Notes under the pieces: model-generated
The model's input: only the letters and a program-made list of their open reading frames with translations
What the model was told of the DNA's origin: nothing
Database searches by the model: none
Origin: an uncultured Enterobacterales bacterium
GTDB lineage: Bacteria > Myxococcota_A > UBA796 > CAJQPC01
Reading direction: 5' to 3'
Assembly: GCA_964501915.1 (NCBI GenBank)
Contig: CAZCVP010000003.1
Coordinates: 19,259-83,258 of the forward strand
Length of the DNA: 64,000 nucleotides
Program-made: the position numbers and the translations under genes
Shown here: in pieces, positions 28,998 through 36,323 of the stretch
Position numbering within the stretch: position 1 is the stretch's first letter
How the letters are laid out: every line of letters begins with the position of its first letter

Positions 28998-31300
28998 CTG
29001 CTCTTCTCCTCTTCTCCTTGCTGGCCTGCCGTGACGATGGTCTCGTGGTCTACGAGACCCCTCCGATCGTCAGCATCGAGACCCCCGCGGACGGTTCCTC
29101 CTTCTACGAGGGCCAGGAGGTGCTCTTCACCGCCGTGGTCGCGTCGGGGGGCACGGCCTCCGTGACGGACCTCACCACGCGCTGGGTCGTCAACGACAGC
29201 CCCCTGTGCGACTCCACCGCCGTGCCCCCCGACGGTGTGGCGATCTGCACCGGAACGCTGGAGTCCGAGGGCGAGTACATCGTGCAGGTCAAGGCGGTCG
29301 ATCCCAGCGGTGCCACCGCCGAGGACTCGATCATCGTCTACGTCCAGTACAACAACCCGCCGACCGTCGAGATCCTCAGTCCGGCGGCGGGCGACGTCTT
29401 CGGTGTCGGCCAGCTCGTGGTGCTCGAGGCCCAGATCCTGGACCCCGAGGACGAGCCCACGAGCCTCCAGGTCGTCGTCGAGAGCAACGTCGAGGGTGTG
29501 CTCTCCGGTGTGCCCGAGAGTCCGTCGTCGGCTGGTGACTGGGCCGGTGGGACCCAGGACCTGACGGCGGGTTCCCACCTGCTCACCATCACGGCTTCGG
29601 ACTCCGTCGGCAAGACCGGCCAGGACACCGTCACGGTGCTGATGAACAACCGGCCGTCGGCGCCGACCGTGGCGATCGATCCCGGCAACCCCGTCTCCGA
29701 GGAGGCGCTGGTCGCGACCATCACCAGCCCGGCGATCGATCCCGAGGGCGACGCCATCACCCACCGCTACGACTGGTACGTGGACGGCAGCGTCTACAGC
29801 TCTTCGAACTCCCCCACCGTGCCCCTGGGTGTGGTCCAGCGCGGCGAGTACTGGGAGGTCCAGGTCTTCGCCAACGACGGCTACAGCGACTCGGCGCCCG
29901 GCTCCGACAGCGTCACCATCGGCAACAGCCCACCCAGCCTCGACTCCGTCACCATCACCCCGTCGGGAGCGGGGACCCTGGACGACCTCACCTGCACCCC
30001 GGTGGGCTGGCACGATCCCGAGGGCGACGCCGAGAGCTACGACTTCGTCTGGTACCACGACGGCACGGTCGACACCGACGAGACCACCGACTCCTTCCCC
30101 AACGAGAAGCACGCCAAGGGCGACGAGTTCCGCTGCGAGGTCACCCCTTCGGACACCTGGGCCATCGGTGACACCGTGTCCAGCTCCACCCTGACCATCC
30201 AGAACACCCCGCCCACCCAGCCCACGGTCATCATCGATCCCACGGCGCCGGAGCCCGAGGACAGCCTCTACTGCGACATCCTGACCGCTTCGACGGACGA
30301 CGACGACGACAGCATCAGCTACTACTACGCTTGGTACGTGAACGGCGTGCTGAACGCCGAGACCACGAATGTGCTCAGCGCCGACCAGACCGAGCACGGC
30401 GACACGATCGAGTGCGAGGTCATCCCCAACGACGGCGAGGACGACGGGACCGCGGGCACCTACGTGGTCAACATCACCGACGCCACGGCGCCGGATCCGC
30501 CCGTCCTGGACGACCCGGACCCCTACATCAACGAGGACAACCTCGACATCACCGGCACCTGCGAGGCCGGCTGCGACCTCACCTACTACTTCACCGACGC
30601 CACCGGTTCCTGGACCGAGGTCGGCACCTGCGAGAGCGACGGCACCCTGACGCTCCAGGTCTACCTGACCCGCGGCTACGAGACCACGGGCTACGCCACC
30701 TGCACCGACTCGGCGGGGAACACCTCGGGGAACTCGAACACGGTGACGATGCAGTCGTGTTCGGTGGAGGACACGTATGAGAACACGTCGGGGTATGGGG
30801 ACTCGGGGGCGAATGCGGTGAATGAGTGGAGTACGTTGACGGACGACGAGACCTCGACGGTCGAGACCATCACCGCCAACGCACTGACCTCCTCCGACGA
30901 GGACTGGTACGTGTTCTCGACGAACGACACGACGACCAGCAACGAGGAACAGTTCAACCTCCAGATCGACATGACGTCCGGCACGAGCACCTACAGCTTC
31001 GACGTCTACAAGGGCTCCCCGACCGGGGCCATCTGCACCGGCTCCGAGAAGAACTGCACGGGCTACGCGACCTCGTGCACCGAGTTCGAATTCTACAACG
31101 AAGACAACGCCATCACCCAGGACGGCGCCTCCTCGACCTACCACTCGACCGCCAGTCCTTCCTACCTGTGCGGTGACGCTGCCCAGAACGAGTGCCCCGA
31201 CTACTCCGATAGCTGGTACATCAAGGTCACGAGAAACGGAGGCGTCTCCGACTCCTGTGACCACTACGAGCTCGAAGTGAGCATGTCGGCCCGCCCATAG
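28994..31300 (+). CDS. large modular surface lipoprotein (Ig-like domains, 3 x about 92-aa DxDGD modules, Ig-like + PPC-like C-terminus)
   Basis: ATGA overlap with the upstream rSAM gene. MTALLLFSLLAC lipobox. The C-terminal region (TGTCEAGCDLTYYFTDATGSWTE ... TDSAGNTSG ... DEDWYVF ... WYIKV) is collinear with that of the 41655-46133 product. Confidence 0.8.
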   Translation: MTALLLFSLLACRDDGLVVYETPPIVSIETPADGSSFYEGQEVLFTAVVASGGTASVTDLTTRWVVNDSPLCDSTAVPPDGVAICTGTLESEGEYIVQVKAVDPSGATAEDSIIVYVQYNNPPTVEILSPAAGDVFGVGQLVVLEAQILDPEDEPTSLQVVVESNVEGVLSGVPESPSSAGDWAGGTQDLTAGSHLLTITASDSVGKTGQDTVTVLMNNRPSAPTVAIDPGNPVSEEALVATITSPAIDPEGDAITHRYDWYVDGSVYSSSNSPTVPLGVVQRGEYWEVQVFANDGYSDSAPGSDSVTIGNSPPSLDSVTITPSGAGTLDDLTCTPVGWHDPEGDAESYDFVWYHDGTVDTDETTDSFPNEKHAKGDEFRCEVTPSDTWAIGDTVSSSTLTIQNTPPTQPTVIIDPTAPEPEDSLYCDILTASTDDDDDSISYYYAWYVNGVLNAETTNVLSADQTEHGDTIECEVIPNDGEDDGTAGTYVVNITDATAPDPPVLDDPDPYINEDNLDITGTCEAGCDLTYYFTDATGSWTEVGTCESDGTLTLQVYLTRGYETTGYATCTDSAGNTSGNSNTVTMQSCSVEDTYENTSGYGDSGANAVNEWSTLTDDETSTVETITANALTSSDEDWYVFSTNDTTTSNEEQFNLQIDMTSGTSTYSFDVYKGSPTGAICTGSEKNCTGYATSCTEFEFYNEDNAITQDGASSTYHSTASPSYLCGDAAQNECPDYSDSWYIKVTRNGGVSDSCDHYELEVSMSARP
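29647..30478 (+). repeat. three tandem about 276-bp coding modules (about 92 aa each)
   Basis: Each module starts N(R/S/T)PP(S/T) and contains DPEGD/DDDDD...Y.(W)Y..G......GD...C.V.P.D. The modules are diverged at the DNA level. Confidence 0.7.
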
Positions 31301-33433
31301 ATGACCTCCCCGCACCCCTGTGCAACAGTCTGGTGCTCGGTCCTGCTCCTGGGGAGCGTCGGGACGCTCGACGTGTCCTGCATGCCCACCAAGGACGACT
31401 ACCTGAACCTGCGGGCCCACCTGGAAGACCTCGACGGCGACGGGGACCGCAACGAGCTCTACGGCGGTTCGGACTGCGATGACCAGGATCCAGACGTCCA
31501 CGGTGCGGGGATCGAGACCTGCGACGGCGTCGACCAGGACTGCGACGGAACGATCGACGAAGACGCCATCGACGCGACGACGTGGTTCGCGGACTCGGAC
31601 GGGGACGGGTTCGGGACGCCCGACCTCGCGTGGACGGCCTGCGAACAGCCCACCGGGTTCGTGACCGACGACTCGGACTGCGACGACGACGATGCAGCCC
31701 TGAACCCCGGGACCGTCTGGTTCGCCGACGGAGACGAGGACGGCTACGGGCTCGATGACTACACGACTCTTGGCTGCGAGCCTCCCCCCGGCTACTCCAG
31801 CACGCCCGGCGACTGCGACGACAGCGACGGGGAGGTGTACCCCGGTGCCGTCGAGGTGTGCGACGACCAGGACAACGACTGCGACGGCACGACAGACGGT
31901 GAAGACGCCGTCGACCGCACCACCTGGTACCGCGACGCCGATGGGGATGGCTATGGAGACGAGGAGGTCTCCGAGCTCACCTGTCCGCCAGGGGATGGCT
32001 GGACCGAGGTCCCCGGCGACTGCGACGAGTAACGCGAGGACATCAACCCAGCCGCCGAGGAGGTGTGCGAGGACCGCCGCGACGGTGACTGCGACGGCAC
32101 ACCGGCGGGCTGTGTTCCGACAGGCGTGGTGGGGGTCGACGAGGTGGCGTTTCCCATCCTGTCCCCCGTCGACACGGGCGGCGCGACCTTCACCGCCTGG
32201 GCCGCGCTCGACAACGGGACGTCTCCCGACGGACTGCTGCTGGGCATCTCCGATGGTGGCGGCTCCCTCTACCGCATCCACCACTGGGGCACTCCACCGA
32301 GCTCGATCACCTTGAGCGAGGCCGACCAGCTCCTGACCGGTGGTCCCGACAGCAGCTACTTCCCGGCCGCGATCACGACGATGCGAGACCTGGACGGGGA
32401 CGGCCGCGACGAGATCGGCGTCAGCGACAGCGGGACCGGGTCAGGCGCAGGCGCCGTCTACGTCTTCCAGAGTGGATGGTCCGGCGTACCGACGGTCGAT
32501 GACGCGGACTGGATCGTGCGCGGGGACCAGGCGAAGGACTACCTGGGCACTCGGGTGACCGCGGGCGACGTGCTGGACGGCGACGGCCAGGACGACCTCG
32601 TCGCCTCGGCCATCGGCGCCACGGGCGACCAGGACGGGGCGGGGGCTGTCTACGTCTTCGAGCTGGCGGAGCGAGGCGAGCTGGCCATCGGCGAGGCCGA
32701 CCTCACCGTCCACGGCGCCGTTGCAGGCGACGGAGCCGGTACGGCGGCCGTCGTGGCGGGCGACCTCGACGGAGACGGCTTCGACGACCTGGCGATCGGG
32801 TCACCGGGAGCGACCCTCGGCGGTTCGAACCCCATCGGCAGCGTCCAGATCATCCTCGGTGGCCGAGGGGGAGTGATCAGCGCCGTGGACGTCGACGCCA
32901 CCCTGGAGCCGGGTGAGGCCGCGGGACTGGGCAGTGGACTGGCTCCGGGAGGCGACACCAACGACGACGGCTAGGCCGACCTGCTCGTGGGAGCCACGGA
33001 CTACTCGGGCGTGGCTTCGCAAGCCGGGGTGGTGTTCGTCGTCCAGGGCCCCGTGACGGCCGGTGCACCGGATGACATGGCGGCGGGGAGCCTGCTCGGC
33101 GAGTCGCCCGGCGGCTTCTTCGGGACGCAGGTGACAGGCGGGGTGGACCTGGACGATGACGGTCATCCCGACGTCGCCGTCCACGAGCCCTACGCCGACG
33201 ACCCCGCGGTCTACCTCTTCCTGGGTCCCCTCGAAGGTGCTCGCCTGGCCTCTGGAGCCATGGCTCGCATCGAGGGCACGCCGACCAGTGGCGGCCTGGG
33301 ACCTGGGAGCGCGGCCACGCTGGTGCCGGACATGGACGGCGACAGCTACGGGGAGCTCCTCGTCCACGCACCTCGGTACGCAGACGGACTCGACCAGGCC
33401 GCCGTGTACATCATCGAGGGCTCGGGGATCTGA
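31301..33433 (+). pseudogene. metal-binding-motif (MopE-like DCDD...CDG.DNDCDG) / FG-GAP repeat protein gene interrupted by two in-frame stop codons
   Basis: Three ORFs (31301-32032, 32063-32974, 32987-33433) lie in the same frame. A TAA at 32030 falls inside a motif copy (GDCDE*REDINPAAEEVCEDRRDGDCDG). A TAG at 32972 falls inside an FG-GAP repeat (DTNDDG*ADLLVGA). There are no frameshifts. Confidence 0.7.
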
Positions 33434-33595
33434 CACTGCTGACCGGTCAGGTCGATGGCATCTCGCTTGCCCTCCGCCGCCCTGCCGACCCCGCCTCGCC
33501 TCGACGTGACTCGGCCACGCCAGCGGCTCCGCGTGGCCAACAGGACGGCGGATCGCGGCGCGATCCACTCGATCGACCTGACCGGTCAGCAGTGT
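33433..33595. repeat. perfect 24-bp inverted repeat pair separated by about 115 bp
   Basis: ACACTGCTGACCGGTCAGGTCGAT at 33433-33456. Its exact reverse complement ATCGACCTGACCGGTCAGCAGTGT is at 33572-33595. The pair starts directly after the stop codon at 33431-33433. Confidence 0.8.
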
Positions 33596-33741
33596 GACGA
33601 ACCCCCGACACCCCCCCTGTCGGAGGTTGACACCCCGACCCTTCCGGACCCGCCTCCCAGGCCGATCCAGCTCGTCTCGCCCCCCCCAGCTCCCCCGGCA
33701 CGGGCCTTGCTCTTCCGCCGGCTCCCCCCTGGAGGTGAGAC

Positions 33742-34038
33742 ATGGACGGAAGATGGCTGGCGTGGCTCCTGCTCCACGCCGGAACCCCCGAGATCCCCTA
33801 CGACGGCATCGACCAGGACCTGGACGGGTCCGACCTGGTCGACGTCGACGGCGACGGGCACGCCTCGATCCTCGTCGCCGGTGGCACCGACTGCGACGAC
33901 CGGCGCGCCTGGGTGAACCCGGACGCCTGGGACGCACCGCGAGACGGAGTGGACGCCGACTGCGACGGAGACGACCCCAATGGCCCGTTCGTTCGACCCC
34001 GGTGGCGACGCCGCGGGACGAGGAGGAGGCAGTCGTGA
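33742..34038 (+). CDS. small protein with one metal-binding-motif copy
   Basis: The ATG is preceded by GGAGGTG. The 98-aa product contains GTDCDDRRAWVNPDAWDAPRDGVDADCDGDD. Its stop overlaps the GTG start of the next gene (GTGA). Confidence 0.45.
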   Translation: MDGRWLAWLLLHAGTPEIPYDGIDQDLDGSDLVDVDGDGHASILVAGGTDCDDRRAWVNPDAWDAPRDGVDADCDGDDPNGPFVRPRWRRRGTRRRQS

Positions 34039-34934
34039 CCCCGGTAGCCTGGCACACCGTCGCCCACGCCCGCACCGGGCGACTCCCCCTCGACGCCCCG
34101 GACCAGGCGCTCTGGCTCTGGTCGCGGCTCCAGCTCCGGTACCCGAGCGCACTGGCCGCCACGCTGATGCCCAACCACCTGCACCTTGTGACGCCCGAGG
34201 AACCCGAGCCGCTGGCTCCCCTCCTCCGGACCTTCTCCCGGCAACACCACCTGGGCGAGACCTGGGACCTGGAGGGCCCCCCGGAACCCATCCTAGGCCT
34301 GGACAAGCTCGCCCGACAGCTCCGCTACGTCGAGCTGAACTCCTGCCGGCCCTTCCTCCACGAGGGACGGCGCTGGCGCCTCGTCGACGACCCGCTGTGC
34401 TGGCCCTGGACCACCCACCGCGACGTGGTGGGTGCCGTGGTTCGACCCTGGGTGACCTCGGAGCGGCTGTGCCAGCAACTGGGCTGGCCGGCCAAGGACT
34501 TCCTCGCCTCGTGGCATCGCTACGTGAGCGCGGACCGGTGGACCTCCCCTCAGGGCCAGGCGCTCCCGCGTCTGTTCGTGCCCGAACGCGGTGCCCTGCC
34601 GGACCTCGCCGACCTGAGCGACGCGACCTGCGCCGCGCTGCGATGCCTGCCCGAGGCCGTCCAGCGACGCGGCCCGGCCCGCGACCTCTTCCTCGACCTG
34701 GCACTCCTCGGCGGCTGGAACGACCTCGACCTCCTGGCCGAGGTCTGCGACGTCACCCAACGCACCCTCCAGCGGCACCGGCGGCGGCGGCAGCGCCCCG
34801 GACTGCTCGAGGCCCGCTTCTGCCTCGGCGACACACGCCTGCGCCTGCCCCCGGTGCGCCGGGCCGGCTGGCGGCCGGTCTCGGCGACGCTGAAGGCCAA
34901 CCCTGCGCACGCCCCGGCGCGAGTGTCGCTCTGA
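34035..34934 (+). CDS. IS200/IS605-like (RAYT-type) HUH Y1 transposase domain protein
   Basis: The GTG at 34035 follows AGGAGGAGG. HUH motif in LMPNHLHLV. Tyr motif region LRYVELNSCRP...DDPLCWPWTTHRD (compare Y..LNP.RAGL...WPWSS). The C-terminal segment is HTH-like. Confidence 0.7.
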   Translation: MTPVAWHTVAHARTGRLPLDAPDQALWLWSRLQLRYPSALAATLMPNHLHLVTPEEPEPLAPLLRTFSRQHHLGETWDLEGPPEPILGLDKLARQLRYVELNSCRPFLHEGRRWRLVDDPLCWPWTTHRDVVGAVVRPWVTSERLCQQLGWPAKDFLASWHRYVSADRWTSPQGQALPRLFVPERGALPDLADLSDATCAALRCLPEAVQRRGPARDLFLDLALLGGWNDLDLLAEVCDVTQRTLQRHRRRRQRPGLLEARFCLGDTRLRLPPVRRAGWRPVSATLKANPAHAPARVSL

Positions 34935-34993
34935 GCGACATTGGCGGGCCCACACGCCCTTGTGGAGACCTGAACGTCGCGCTGAGCGACATT
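34925..34993 (+). repeat. two direct copies of an 18-bp hairpin-containing (REP-like) element, 51 bp apart
   Basis: GTCGCTCTGAGCGACATT at 34925-34942 and GTCGCGCTGAGCGACATT at 34976-34993. Each has a GTCGC/GCGAC stem. The first copy spans the stop codon of the transposase-like gene. Confidence 0.6.
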
Positions 34994-35021
34994 CAGGGGC
35001 CGGCGTCGCCGCGGGGGGGCC

Positions 35022-36302
35022 TCAGGCGGCGCGGCGGCGGCGCCGCGCCACGACCAGCAACGTGAGCAAGGCGAACCCCGCGCCCGGCGCCGTCCCGCGG
35101 GTCCCGCAGCCGCACCAGCCCTCGACCTCGATGTCGCCGGGGTCGAAGCCGGGGCAGCGCTCGTCGATCTCCCAGTCGTCGTCTGCGTCGGCGGGCACGT
35201 CGTCCTCGCTGGCGTAGAGCCCGTCCCAGGTGACGGTCACCGTGTCTTCCAGGTCCCCCAGGGAGACCCGGACCACGGCCGACCGGGTCCCGTAGCTCTC
35301 CGACGGGGGGTCGCAGACGTCGAGGATCCAGGCGTAGTCGGCCTGGTAGCCCTCCTCGGTGGCGAAGGACTCGACCACCACGTCCCCCTCGTCGAGGTGC
35401 CAGGTGACGGGCGGACCGAACACGACCTCGCGCGCGGCGTCTCGGGCGACAGCCCGACCCCCAACGGGGGCCAGGCGCTCCCCGTCGGACTCGTCCCAGT
35501 CACCGATCCCGATCACCAGCTCGAGCTCGGTGATGTCGTCGACGTCCACGCCCACGAGCTGCCCGGCCACCCAGGTGTTGCCCGCGACCTCGAGCCCGAC
35601 CTGGACCTGGCCCCCGAGGGGCACGGCGACCCCGATCTGGGCCTCGCCCACCCGCTCGTGGTCCAGGGCGCTGCCGTCGAGGGTCTCGACCTGGAAGGAA
35701 CCGTCCTCGCTGTGCCAGCCCACTCCGGCGCCCCCCACACCCTGGAAGAGGGCCACGTCGATGGCCACCGGCGTCTCCGCCACGACCTGCGCCACCTCGT
35801 GGTCGGACAGCTTCCAGTCCGCCGGCCAGCCCACCTCGGAGACCGGCTCCAAGAGGTCCTCGGCGGCGTCCTCCAGGTGGCTGGAGAAGGCTCCGTGGAC
35901 ATCGATCGGGTCGACCACCGGCAGGGTCGAGGTGTCGCTGACGAAGGTGTCCGCCCAGTCCCCCTCGCACCCGGCCGGCTCCAGCTCGACGACGGCCTCA
36001 CCGGGACCGTCGAACCCGATGCAGCCGTCCTCGCCCACAGAGGCCGCGCCGCTGGCCCCCCACTCCAGGCAGGCCTCGGCCTCCTGGGCCCAGGCCGCCC
36101 GGTCCTCGTCCGTCTCGGGACATGCCTCCCCCAGGCAGGCCGCCGTGAGACAGGCGTGGGTCCCGGCCAGGATCGGCCCCCCCGCGTAGACACCGCCCGT
36201 CTCCAGGGTGAGGCCCGGATCGCCCAGGTCGTAGGCCCCCCCATCGCTGGCCCAGTGGTCCGTCTCGCAACCCGCTGCCAGCACGAGCAGCACTCCCAGC
36301 AT
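35022..36302 (-). CDS. lipoprotein with MYXO-CTERM-type C-terminal sorting signal
   Basis: MLGVLLVLAAGC lipobox. The C-terminus is ...EGWCGCGTRGTAPGAGFALLTLLVVARRRRRAA: a Cys-containing motif, a hydrophobic helix and an Arg cluster. Confidence 0.75.
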   Translation of the reverse strand: MLGVLLVLAAGCETDHWASDGGAYDLGDPGLTLETGGVYAGGPILAGTHACLTAACLGEACPETDEDRAAWAQEAEACLEWGASGAASVGEDGCIGFDGPGEAVVELEPAGCEGDWADTFVSDTSTLPVVDPIDVHGAFSSHLEDAAEDLLEPVSEVGWPADWKLSDHEVAQVVAETPVAIDVALFQGVGGAGVGWHSEDGSFQVETLDGSALDHERVGEAQIGVAVPLGGQVQVGLEVAGNTWVAGQLVGVDVDDITELELVIGIGDWDESDGERLAPVGGRAVARDAAREVVFGPPVTWHLDEGDVVVESFATEEGYQADYAWILDVCDPPSESYGTRSAVVRVSLGDLEDTVTVTWDGLYASEDDVPADADDDWEIDERCPGFDPGDIEVEGWCGCGTRGTAPGAGFALLTLLVVARRRRRAA

Positions 36303-36323
36303 GGCACCACCTCCAGCGCCATC

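Noticed and set aside
28706-32284. 1192-aa ORF on the minus strand opposite the 768-aa lipoprotein and metal-binding-motif genes
   Set aside because: Same reasoning as above. The composition is low-complexity Gly/Val/Arg/Ala, and the plus-strand products carry recognisable domains and translational coupling to the upstream genes.
32815-32835. GGTTCGAACCCC string resembling a tRNA T-loop
   Set aside because: The flanking bases do not form a T-stem or an acceptor stem, and the string lies inside the FG-GAP coding sequence. I could support no tRNA.
33455-33916. 153-aa ORF covering the inverted-repeat region
   Set aside because: The translation is Pro/Arg/Thr-rich and low-complexity. It starts inside the left repeat arm and overlaps the better-supported 33742-34038 ORF, which has a good RBS, in another frame.
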